64,000 bases of DNA from Owenia fusiformis. Lineage: Eukaryota. The stretch spans positions 36,704,001-36,768,000 of the forward strand of contig CAIIXF020000001.1 of NCBI GenBank assembly GCA_903813345.2. The letters are read 5' to 3'. The position numbers and the translations under genes are program-made. The notes under the pieces are model-generated. The model had not been told where the DNA came from. It did not search any database and worked only from the letters and a program-made list of their open reading frames with translations. This document shows positions 1-12,200 of the stretch, in pieces (position 1 is the first letter of the stretch; every line of letters starts with the position of its first letter).

Positions 1-218
1 TTTCTAGCACTAATAAGGGTTTCAGTAATGACAAACTACCACATTCTGCAGAGTCAAATTCAAAGTCTGATCTCATGCAAGTTCACATTTTGAATTTTTA
101 TCCTGTTTCTGTAACACAACTCTACTGGGCTGATTCAATGGCAAGTGATTTAATCAGATTTTGTATAATCTAAAATGTATAATATGGTATCAAAAATTGT
201 TTTTTAATAGAAACTCAC

Positions 219-3200
219 ATCAAAAAGTAATCTGGCTGCCTCCAAATAGCGGCTGGCTTTTCTGTACAACTCTATAGCATTGAGTTTCTTGTCTTTCTCC
301 AGTAGGTGCTGAGCATATTTTGCCAGTAAGCCATCAATTTCTTTGACATTGTGTTTCTTGGCTAAGTCTATAGCCTGGTTCCACTGGTTCAGGTGCACAC
401 AAGCATCTATAGCCTGCTTAACTCTAGTACACTGTAAGTCAATCAGAAATAGATGAATTAAAGAAAGCCTCTGAAAACTGTAATCAACTATATTCAAATG
501 CATCGTGTGGGTCTATCATGGAACCTCAGTTTCTTTGTGGCAATCATCCACCATTTGAAGTCATTTGTTTCATATTTGCTAAAAATCCTGAATACAAAGT
601 TATTTTTGGAGACATTTTATGAACTTGCCACAAATGCCACAATAACAATTGATGTGAGTTTTGATAAGTGCAAACTAAATGTTTTTAAAAAATCGTGTAT
701 ACCTTAGTATATGCTTCCACTGCAGGTTCACACATGCCCACCGTGACAAACATGTGACCAATCTCCTGGAAAAACATTACACAATATTTACTGGTACTGT
801 TATAAGACTCTTCAAAATGTGAGGTACAACTGTTAATTCTACACAAATTTGGAACATCAGAGAGACCTCCAACTTCATGTGCATATAATTATTACTTATA
901 TGTAAAGATGTGATGGATTTCTGGTAAGTTACTAGCATCATCTCTGGTCTAGACTAATCAAGGTACAAAAATAACCCTTAATGTCCATGAAATGACTTAC
1001 TGGCAAAAGGCGGTGATTTTCTGGCAAATTAGCCACCATTTTCTCCAATCCTGAGTAGTCCTCCAGCATGTAGTAACACTCAGACAACCTTTCCTGGTTC
1101 CTGCCCTGGAGATAGTAGGTGACAGCCTGCTGCCTGCAAATACATGAGCATTATGCAATGGCTGGTTTTGGATATCGGGTTTATCCTAAGGAAAATATAT
1201 GTCTCTCTCAAAGGACCACAGGCTGAATCCTATATCTAATGTCAAACATAATCGGTTAATGAAAACAGGGTTTATCTTTGCTATGATGGCTTTATGGATA
1301 AGGCCTTGGGATCTTATTGCCTACCATTTTTGTCTATCAGCATAGTAGTTTCCAATAGCATTCCAAGCCTCCTCTAGCTGAACATCATCACCCCCTCCTG
1401 CCCCTGTCTTCAACAGTTGGACAACACGGAACCAGTCACCTAACTTCTTACGTAAACTCACAGCCAAGTCCCTGAATAACATTTATATGCATACATGTAC
1501 AATCTATTCTGAATACATGTTTACTCTCTTGCAATAGAGTATTCAGAATACATGTATTTTCTTTATTAAATGACCTTTATGAACATGACTTTGCTAATGG
1601 AAAATGGTCACGAGGCATATTTTGAATCATATAGAAATCTTCGTCAAAACAATTTTCTTAATTTCTAAATTATGATTGAGAAATATGACATAAGAAACAG
1701 ACTGCAGATATTCTATTATTCTGTACCTTCTATCCATGTCCAAATATGTTCTCTCAGCCTCTTCAAACCTTTTGAAATATGCTGCAACTTCAGCTTGCTT
1801 CATTGAATCATTCTGAAGATGTAAGACACAGATTTAAGTCAATCAAGTTAATTCTTCAATGTAACTGTTCAAATCTATTTAAATACAACTGTGCAACATT
1901 GCTTTAGATATCTTTTAAAATTAAAATAATGTTTCATGACCAATCCAGATGTGTAAAAATTTGAAGAAATTCCATTAAGTGGTTTTCCTGGAATCGTTAT
2001 GACAAAGAAGTGAGATGCCACCCGCCTGTAAAGCTGACAACAAAACTGTGCCTCTTTTTAGGTACGATAAAAAGATTTTCTTTAACTCTGACTGGGACCC
2101 AAATATGTTGACTGTCGATGTTTCTAAGTAAAGAAGTACTAATAAAAGTATAATAATTTACCTGTAGATTGCCAAGTCTCTTTACAAACTCTATCCCCTG
2201 ATAGTCTTTACATCTGACAAATGCCTGCTCAGCCACCTTAAGATTCAACTGCTCCAGTGCAGTTTCTGCCAAAAGTCGCCTTAAGAAACAAACATGACTA
2301 CTTTTTAATGAAAATTATTTTGGAAATTCAAGAGGTGATTTTTAAACATTCAACCTTTGAAATTAATATATTCTGTAACGTACAATTAAATATATAATTT
2401 GCATTATCTACAAATGTTTTCTACAAGACCAATGCCTTTCTTTTCAGAGCCTACAATGTAAATTAGATTGCTTTCTATGAACTTACCATAGTCTAGGATG
2501 TGGGTTGTCTTCTATGAACTTACCATAGTCTAGGATGTGGGTTGTCTTCTATGAACTTACCATAGTCTAGGATGTGGGTTGTCTTCTATGTTCTTTCCAT
2601 AGTCTAGGATGCGAGTTGTCTTCTATGAACTTACCATAGTCTAAGATGTGGGTTGTTTTCTATGTTCTTACCATAGTCTAGGATGTGGGTTGTCTTCTAT
2701 GAACTTACCATAGTCTAGGATGTGGGTTGTCTTCTATGAACTTACCATAGTCTAGAATGTGGGTTGTCTTCTATGAACTTACCTTTTTTTTTTTTTTTTT
2801 TTTTTCAATTCAATTCAATTTATTGGTAATAACAAATATGATTTACATAATTAAACATAGTAGGTGACGTCATTTTCAGACGTTTATACCCACACATACG
2901 AGAACAAAATAAGTGGTACAAAAATCTAATCTAAGAATTAAGTCGAACAGTGATAAAAAATGTTCGTATCAAATGACACTACTTTAATTTTTAAAGGTGA
3001 ATGGAAGAATCAACTGATATCTCAAATGGGAATCGATCATGTTAATTATAAGACATAAATTCATATTCTAAGTCTGATACTCAATGTTAAAGAACTAATC
3101 AATCGTAAAAAAGCAAGGTCAGTAAATATATACAGAATATAAAATATATGAATGAATGAACCCAACTGAAATCAAGTAATGTATTAGGATACATGTGTAT

Positions 3201-6200
3201 AATATCCAAGAGTGGTTATAAAAGCGGTAATATTTCAGAAACGTCACTAGGCTATTTCATTGCCTTAGTTTGTTTATGTTACATTTTCATCATGGATAGT
3301 AACAATTCAATAGTAGAGTCATATCTACATAGATCTGCTATTCACAAGTTGTTGATATATTGCGTGAGGATTTGAATTTATGTCCAATTCTGTACGATGA
3401 CAACGACTATCAAACCCTTCAAACGAACAGAAGATTTTCCCATTGAACATCCAACAGTCTTTCACAAAATCCATATTTCTAACAGTTTTCATCAACTTGA
3501 CATTCTTTACAGTGGCGTCCTCATGAATAGCAATACCAGATTTGGCAAGTTTCTTCCTGTTTTTGATCATAGATTGTCTGGAGTCATTGGTGTTGAATTT
3601 TACAATCAGTGCCCTCTTTTGACCAGGTACTTTTAGTCCAATTCTATGTGCAACATCAATATCATTATTGGAAATATTTGCTTCTATCCGCTGGGCAACT
3701 TCGAGAACTAATGCCTTGCAATCTTCATGTTCTGTTTCCTCTACTCCAGTTATCTTAATGTTACTTTTGCGTGAATATTGTTCATTCTTGTTTGCTTCTG
3801 CTTCAAGTTCTGCCAGACGTTTATTTAAACCAATAATTTCATCGTTGGCTTGTATCAGATCAGATTCAAAGGAATCATTGATGTCTTTTAGTTGTCGTAT
3901 AGATTCTTCAGTCTCAGACAGTCTTTGATTGTACACTGCCATGGAGCTATTGATTGATTCTGGAATTAATTTATTTAGTGAGGTGCTGATTTGAGACTCT
4001 ATACCTCTTATAATGTCACTTATATTTGTACTGGAGATTTCAGATGTACATTCATTGTCTGTATTAATCTGTTGTTCTCTATTTACATGGTATTGTTGCT
4101 GTGGTAGTAACAGATCTGCTTTATATGCTGTTGAGATCGGAAATGTACTCATGGGTTGAGATACAGTATTGTCCAAACAAGGTTAATGTGGAGAATCGGA
4201 GACAATTGAATGGAAACTTGCAGACATATTTTCCATGGATGGTACTGTGAATGTCATATTGGCTGATGAGGCTGTTGATGATATCACACTAGTTGTAATG
4301 ACTGATAAAAAGGTGGAAGACATTACAGGTAGACAGGGTTGAGACAGTCCTTGATCTGCTTGTGTTGTTATTGTTGTTGCATACTGGGTAATTGGTGTTT
4401 GTATTAGCTGTGACATGATGTTAGGTTCAGTTGATCGCACTCAAAATAATAATCCTATTTCAGTGAGGTCAGTCAGGTAAGTCTGGCATATAAATAGTAA
4501 ACTGGTAAATCCGATAAGTAGCTGATTAGTGTTACTAGAGTTGTAGGATGTGGGTTGTCTTCTATGAACTTACCATAGTCTAGGATGTGGGTTGTCTTCT
4601 ATGAACTTACCATAGTCTAGGATGTGGGTTGTCTTCTATGAACTTACCATAGTCTAGGATGTGGGTTGTCTTCTATGTTCTTACCATAGTCTAGGATGTG
4701 GGTTGTCTTCTATGAACTTACCATAGTCTAAGATGTGGGTTGTCTTCTATGTTCTTACCATAGTCTAGGATGTGGGTTGTCTTCTATGAACTTACCATAG
4801 TCTAAGATGTGGGTTGTCTTCTATGTTCTTTCCATAGTCTAGGATGCGAGTTGTCTTCTATGAACTTACCATAGTCTAAGATGTGGGTTGTCTTCTATGA
4901 ACTTACCATAGTCTAAGATGTGGGTTGTTTTCTATGTTTTTACCATAGTCTAGGATGTGGGTTGTCTTCTATGAACTTACCATAGTCTAAGATGTGGGTT
5001 GTCTTCTATGAACTTACCATAGTCTAGGATGTGGGTTGTCTTCTATGAACTTACCATAGTCTAGGATGTGGGTTGTCGTCTATGTTCTTACCATAGTCTA
5101 GGATGTGGGTTGTCTTCTATGAACTTACCATAGTCTAGGATGTGGGTCATCTTCTATGAACTTACCATAGTCTAGGATGTGGGTTGTCTTCTATGAACTT
5201 ACCATAGTCTAGAGTGTGGGTTGTCTTGTATGTTCTTACCATAGTCTAGGATGTGGGTTGTCTTCTATGTTCTTACCATAGTCTATGAACTTACCATAGT
5301 CTAGGATGTGGGTTGTCTTCTATGAACTTACCATAGTCTATGAACTTACCATAGTCTAGGATGTGGGTTGTCTTCTATGTTCTTACCATAGTCTATGAAC
5401 TTACCATAGTCTAGGATGTGGGTTGTCTTCTATGTTCTTACCATAGTCTATGAACTTACCATAGTCTAGGATGTGGGTTGTCTTCTATGAACTTACCATA
5501 GTCTATGAACTTACCATAGTCTAGGATGTGGGTTGTCTTCTATGAACTTACCATAGTCTAGGATGTGGGTTGTCTTCTATGAACTGTTGTGCATCTTCAA
5601 TTCCAACTTTCTCAAGTAGATCTCTGCTGTCCCTTAAAGACTGGAAAACACAGATGTGGAGACATAAATACAGGTATATAGCAAGCCCACCATACAAATG
5701 GCAACATGTTATATTCAGACATATACTAGTTCTGTATATGTAGACCAAGATATAAAGAAGCAAGAGGATTTACCCCTGGTCAAGCATATGACATGTACAG
5801 TGAAACCTGTAAAGTGGACCACCTCTATTTGTGAAACACTTTTCAGCATCCCAAGACTAACTGACTTAATGTATGAACCTGTTTAAGTGGAACACCTCCA
5901 GAGTGGAAAACTTTTAGGAGGTACCACAGGTGTTCCACTTAGACAGGTTTTACTGTATAACAATGTCAGATCTAAAAATTACCATAATGTGAGTTAATAG
6001 GAAGGGTTTTACAAATAGAGTATAGACATATACAATTATGTACAAAGATCACTAGTAATTTACAAGAATTGTAAAATAAAAATAGTACATCATAAATCTT
6101 CAATAGATTTAACAGCATACTTCAGATAACTGATACATACAATCAGACAAACTGACAAAAGGTACTTGGCTACACTCCAAGAAGAATGTAATAACATACA

Positions 6201-9200
6201 AAATATAAAAGATTACTACAAATGCTCAAAATTAAAAGTTTATTTATTATCAAAAGTAGAAAATTATGTTCTAGGCATTTCATTAGTTTAAGATTTGTAT
6301 AGATGTCAGTTTAGAATCTTCAAACACTACCATGAACTTTACATTTGTTAATAGATGGCAATGCAATAGACTTCTGAGAACTCATTATCATAAATTGATA
6401 AACTTCTGAGAACTCATTAATAACTTCAGAATAAGCCTTTGCCTGCTTAGAGGTGACTACGTTTTTAAAAGCTGAAAAAGTTCACCTACAGTAAGTCAAA
6501 ACTGCTCACTAAATTAATACTAGTATTCAAACAGTTTTTTTCTGAAAAACAATATCTGTTTATCCAATCTTTCAATCAACCAAACATAACCCATTTTATT
6601 GACTCATGAAAGACGATATGTCAATTTTTGTGAAAGTCAGTAATTAAGGACAGGGTGCATGTTGGGAAATTTTCTGCATTCCTCAATTGAGTCACATGTT
6701 ATTTTTCAAACATGAATAACTCCTTCCCCACATTGTCTACATCTTCCAAGTTTGCTCAAAGAATGCACTTCTGTGCCTAGAAAAGCCTTGTGAGAAGGTT
6801 TGTTTTGTAAAATGTATAAAAAATGAGAAAATTCAGTGAAAAAAATTTCTGAAAATTTTCTGATTTTTTTCACTGAATTTTCTTGTTTTTTATACACTTT
6901 ATCAAAACATTCTTCTCACAAGTCTTTTCTAGGCACATAAGTGCACTCTTTGTGCAAAACTGGAAGATATAGACAATGAAGGGAAGGAGTGATTCTTGTT
7001 TGAAAAATAACATGTGACTCAATTGAGGAATGCAGAAAATTTCCCATCATGCACCCTGACCTTAATGCTAGCCTAGATCTAGGCAAATAAAAAAAAATTC
7101 ACAGTTTATGTATATGTAGACAAAAGTAGACAATGTAATGATACTTTCCTGAAAAAAGCAAGGAAGAACACACATGGGTTTGTAGAAAAAACCGGGTACC
7201 GGGTACTGGGTAGTAAATCCTCCATGCTGGGTTCAAACTAGTTCAACGTCGTTAAACTCAATAACGGCGTTCTTTATTATTAGGAATTTTCTTGGGGCCA
7301 TTATTGAGTTTAACCTCCATGCTATTCTTTCCTTTGATGCAAGTTGTGGATCTATCGAAACCACTTTTCCTCGTTAATATGACACTGATACTTAACAATA
7401 ATATAAAACCACATTTCATCAGGCGATTTCACATAATATTATTGTGCTAAATGTTCATTTTTAATCGTAAAATGAGTCTTATTCTTACCAATTTATGAGA
7501 CGAATATTTCAACCGGCAATGTCTGTCTGTGCGTCGCCAAAGTAAACTTGGTCAGCGAAACGAAATTGTTCTTCAATATTGATATTTATTATAACCATCC
7601 AGTATGACACGAATCTTTGCTTTATTCAAACAGTGCGTGTATTCACCCAAGTTTACTCTATTGTTATTTATAAAAACTTTAAAAAGCAACATTATTGATG
7701 CATTTGATTACTGGTAATTTCAGCTCAAAGAAATATAGATGTCATTCGATTGTGCTAGATTGTGATTGTGTTGAATAATTGTGCCTAAATATTAAATTAT
7801 GGTAATTGTTCATGGTTTTCTGCTTGCAAAAACGTACCTAGGAATACACTCAATTGTTTATAACTGGGATCATGTATTTTACTCAGCATACATGCTTTGT
7901 AACAATTGTTACATTTTAATAACTTCAATGTGGTGATGTATTGTGATAAGATTACATGTTACTTGTATCAGCATGGTTGTTTTATTCCTAGTTCTTAAAT
8001 GTATGATGTTCTTAATAAAATTAAACAGAAGTTTTGTTTATGCTATTTTATAAAACATATTTTTCTACAATGATATTTCATTTACTCAATGAGAGAAAAG
8101 TTAAACACATGTGTTTTACCACGATATTGGAGCAAGTAAATGTACTTTCCAACCTGTACTTCACACCTGATTTATCTCGATACCTCCAAATCTGATTTTT
8201 TTCAAATCAACACTTTTCAGCTTTTTTCGATCTCATTACTCTAATGTTAAAAAACCTTACTTGATCGTCATTAAACATTCAGTCAAAATGATGTCATACT
8301 ATCTAGTATTTGAAATGTACATGTAAAAGTACATCAAGAAATATTGCTTCAAATATTGTTGATCAATTTTGGAAAATTTTTGTTTTGGAAAATGTAAATG
8401 CTACTACGGGGAGATTCAACATATAAAGTCACAAAAAGTGAAATATGTTTTCTTGTATTGGACAGATAATATTTTCTTTTACATTATTTTAATTTGCATA
8501 ACTATGTCATGCTATGTGACCTGAATGAGCCACCTGGTGGTGAAACTGGTAACTACCTACTCGCATCTGAGTTATTACAATGGGAAATCACTGACTTTCT
8601 GGGAGAGAAAACTTTGGCACAATATATATTTAAACATGTTAAAGATGTCATTTTAAAAGCAAAAAAGGCTCCAAAACGTAATAAAATATGTAGTTTGGAT
8701 GTTCATTTATGTCTGTGGATTATATTTTATACCACAAACACTTATAAATACCTGAAATTTGCAATAAAAGTGCCCAAAAATTGTTGTTTCGAAATTCCCC
8801 ATTTTTCCTGTACCGCGCTAGTCACGTGACCCTTACGCGTAGCAGGCAATGCCTAGTATTACAGATATTACAGTACATATTTCAACATGTTCAATATGGC
8901 AAACATCAGCGATTCTGACTCCCGGGTTCTGGGAAATGGCTATATATAAATCGGCGAGAGGGTGTTATTTAAGGAGGACAATTTAAGGAGGGGAAATATG
9001 TCCAAGTATGCCAGTAAAAGAGCAGGTATGGACTTTAGACAAGTACTATGACGGAGAATCAACTAAAAAAATGTGCGTTCTGGAATGAAGACCCGTTGCC
9101 ATTGACTGAGAATCCCAGCGATCCTATAATCCTACTCAGTTTGAATTTAGACGCGGAAAACAGGTTATGAAAACGGGCTCTCTGCAAAGTTATCAAATTT

Positions 9201-12200
9201 AGAAAATATGGATCTTGTTTTTGAGTGGCTTAACAAGCATTCGGATACAAGACTTGGCGCTATCTCTTGTCAAATACACGCAGACTTGCAGTAAATTGGC
9301 CATTGCAAATTGCAAAATCAGATCGTCAAATTAATCGCTTCGTTTTTAAACGTATGCTTCATATCTTCATCCAAAACTTTAGGATTCGATAGAGATAAGT
9401 TAAAACTTGTACAGGAAGAAATGGGAGATCCTACCTTAATTTAGAATCGCTGATTTCTCTGGACAAATTCCGAGAAGAAATTGTTCAACATCGCGACCAG
9501 CTCAGACTAAACTTACATGTCGTGCATGTCACTCTGAACTCACGTGATAAAATACGGCATTTTGATTGGTTACTACTCGTGTTGTCATGACGCGAAAAAC
9601 ATTAGTAAACACTGAATATGTTAATGAACTGTCATATATGGAGCAATTGTCTTTCTGATTGGTTAACTTTACACGCCTCCTAAATGAATATAGTAGTCGT
9701 AGTAAATGATTCATTGATAACTCTGAAAGTGGGCGTGACCAGCTTTATTTTGACACCAAATTCAAGATGTTTCAAATAAAAATGGCCTCGCAAGACGAGG
9801 TTGAAATATCGGCAGTTTGATACTGATATGGTCTACGATAGATCAAAATTGACTGCCCCGCGTCATATGTCACGTGAGCCTATATTTGTTGAAAAATGAA
9901 AGAGATAGTGACACTTTTTAATCTTAAGTTAATACCAATATTACAAACACATATCTATTTTTTTCATTAAATATTTATTTCTTCATTATACATACATTTG
10001 TTTTACACTGCATTGATTTATTTTTGCAAAACCTTTGCTATTAGATCTTTAAGAAAAATATCTAATTATTCAGTATCACATGCTTGCGTCTGTCCAAAGA
10101 TGTTGAAAGCTTTAGCATTTTAGCCAGAAATTTACCATAATTCTGAAAATAAAACAGGAAAAAAAGTAGGAAACTTAATCATGTTTATCGCAAGCCTCCT
10201 ACAGTATTACAATATTTTGTACTTATATATAGGATAACCGGGGTTCGTTTCGTTTTATGAACTTGTTTCGTTCAGTGTTGCTAACGGCGGTTTATTCCTG
10301 AAAGGATTTGCCATTTCGATGTTACCGGAACCAGAACAGAGTTTTCTAAACTAAGAAAAAGCCTTCTCCCAACATTTTCATAATTATACATCGATGAGGT
10401 TACAGGGGGGTATGTGATGATTTGTATTTATTCATAAGGTATGTATGCATGCGTTGATCACATTATTTCTGTAACGATACCATCTTATTACGGTTTAATT
10501 AGTTCCGCATGTCGAAACCTGCTGAACGATTAAATGATCGCATAAAGGGCAAAATCATCATGGAAGTTAGACCTAGCCGGGGCCATAAGACATGTCAGAT
10601 AAGAAACGAGGCCCAGGCTAGGTCTAATGTTGTTGGACTAGGTTCAAACCGGGTACCTGGTACCCAGTAAAAAAAACCGGATACCCAAAAAACGAAAAAT
10701 ACGAATATACAACATGATTAGATCATTAGAAAACGTGTCAGATTTGTTTGAATATACAAAAATGTATGTAACTTCCCTCAAAATTGAGCTAGAAGCTTCA
10801 AATAAAAAGCATTTTAAGGCTCTTTTCTTCCTCTATCATCATGGTCATATTTTCATCGGTTATTAAGCCTGTAAACTGTCCTGCAATTTGCGTATTTGTC
10901 ACGCATTTGCTGAAGAATTTGAAGTCACGCCAGTTTTTTTTGCGTGACAGAAAATGTCACACAAATACGCATTTTACCTGGTAATTGTCAAGCAAAAATA
11001 TTTCTGTACAAAAAATCCTAAAACAGTTCGCCGATACAGCAAAAATACGAACACCAAAAAAAACGTACGCATTCCGTTCGGACTTTTCACGCAAATCATG
11101 TATATGTCACGCATTCCGTTCGAAATTTTTCGTACCTACCTCTATTTTCAATAGTTCGTATATTGGTGCGTGAATAGTTTTGATTATGATTAAATCTGTA
11201 AATAGCTATCGTTACTTTAGCAGAGAGGTGACGTGTGTTAATTTACATGATGCAACATGTTAGATTTTGATTATCAATCATAATTTAAGTTATCCCAATT
11301 TTCGACGAAACGTCCACTGAAGTGTAAATTGTTACGTCTTACAATGTGATAGAGGATCTCACCCCCCCCCCCATAACCAATGAAAATATGACCATGATGA
11401 TAGAGGAAGAAAAGAACCTTAAAATGCTTTTTATTTGAAGCTTCTAGCTCAATTTCGAAGGAAGTTACATACATTTTTGTATATTCAAAACAAATCTTAC
11501 ACGTTTTCTAATGATCTAATCATGTTGTATATTCGTATTTTCGTTTTTTGGGTACCCGGTTTTTTTGACCGGGTACCAAGTTTGAACCCAGCATGGAGGA
11601 TTTACTACCCGGTACCCGGTTTTTTCTACAAACCAGAACACACATGCCTTCATACTTAATTTTGTACCAGAAAATAACATGTGCAGGTATAGCAATTTTT
11701 ACCAAAATGTTACTTTCCAGCTGATAGTAATATTGTTCATATTTTTCAGTAAACAAAGCAAAGCAAAGGTCAACAAAATGGCGACTAGTCTTTCCGAAGA
11801 AGTAAAGCAAGACCTCATAGAGTGTAAGATATGTCTAGAAGTAATGAAAACACCTAAAGTGCTGAATTGTCTACATACTTTCTGTGAAGGATGCATTGAG
11901 GATTTGGGCCGAAAAATGGATCAGAAAGATGACATTAGTTGTCCTGTATGTCGTAATGTGACCACACTGCCCCCTGGTGGTGTGAAAGCTCTCCGTGCCA
12001 ACTTTCTGATTAACACACTACAAGATGCACTCGGGAAGTCGACCCAGCTCGTCAAGTGTGAGTTCTGTGATGACACCTGTAGTTTCATGTGCCTTGATTG
12101 TAATGATAAGATGTGCTCCTCACACGGTTCATCCCACTGCAGCACCAAGTTCACCAGGGGACATAAAGTTGTTCCCATGGATGATGTCAATGCAGGCAAA

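Larger units (their letters stand above)
2472..5585 (-). repeat. 37-bp minisatellite derived from the WDR35 exon 21 / intron 21 junction, in two blocks (2472-2783 and 4544-5585)
   Basis: Unit on + strand TTACCATAGTCTAGGATGTGGGTTGTCTTCTATGAAC; gene sense GTTCATAGAAGACAACCCACATCCTAGACTATG|GTAA. About 9 donor-like sites left of the retroelement and about 30 to the right. The 5273-5510 segment alternates 37-bp and 18-bp units. The last copy is the real exon end. Confidence 0.97.

Noticed and set aside
2753..2783. TSD of the ORF1-only retroelement
   Set aside because: Inside a tandem array a 31-bp duplication cannot be distinguished from a 6-bp target deletion, so no TSD is claimed.
2472..5585. 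CRISPR-like appearance of the 37-bp repeats
   Set aside because: The units are head-to-tail with no unique spacers, there are no cas genes, the context is eukaryotic, and the unit is a copy of the WDR35 exon end.
11679..11777. 33-aa N-terminal extension of the TRIM ORF given by the ORF track
   Set aside because: The upstream ATG lies within MITE sequence. ATG 11778 has the typical context and directly precedes the RING.
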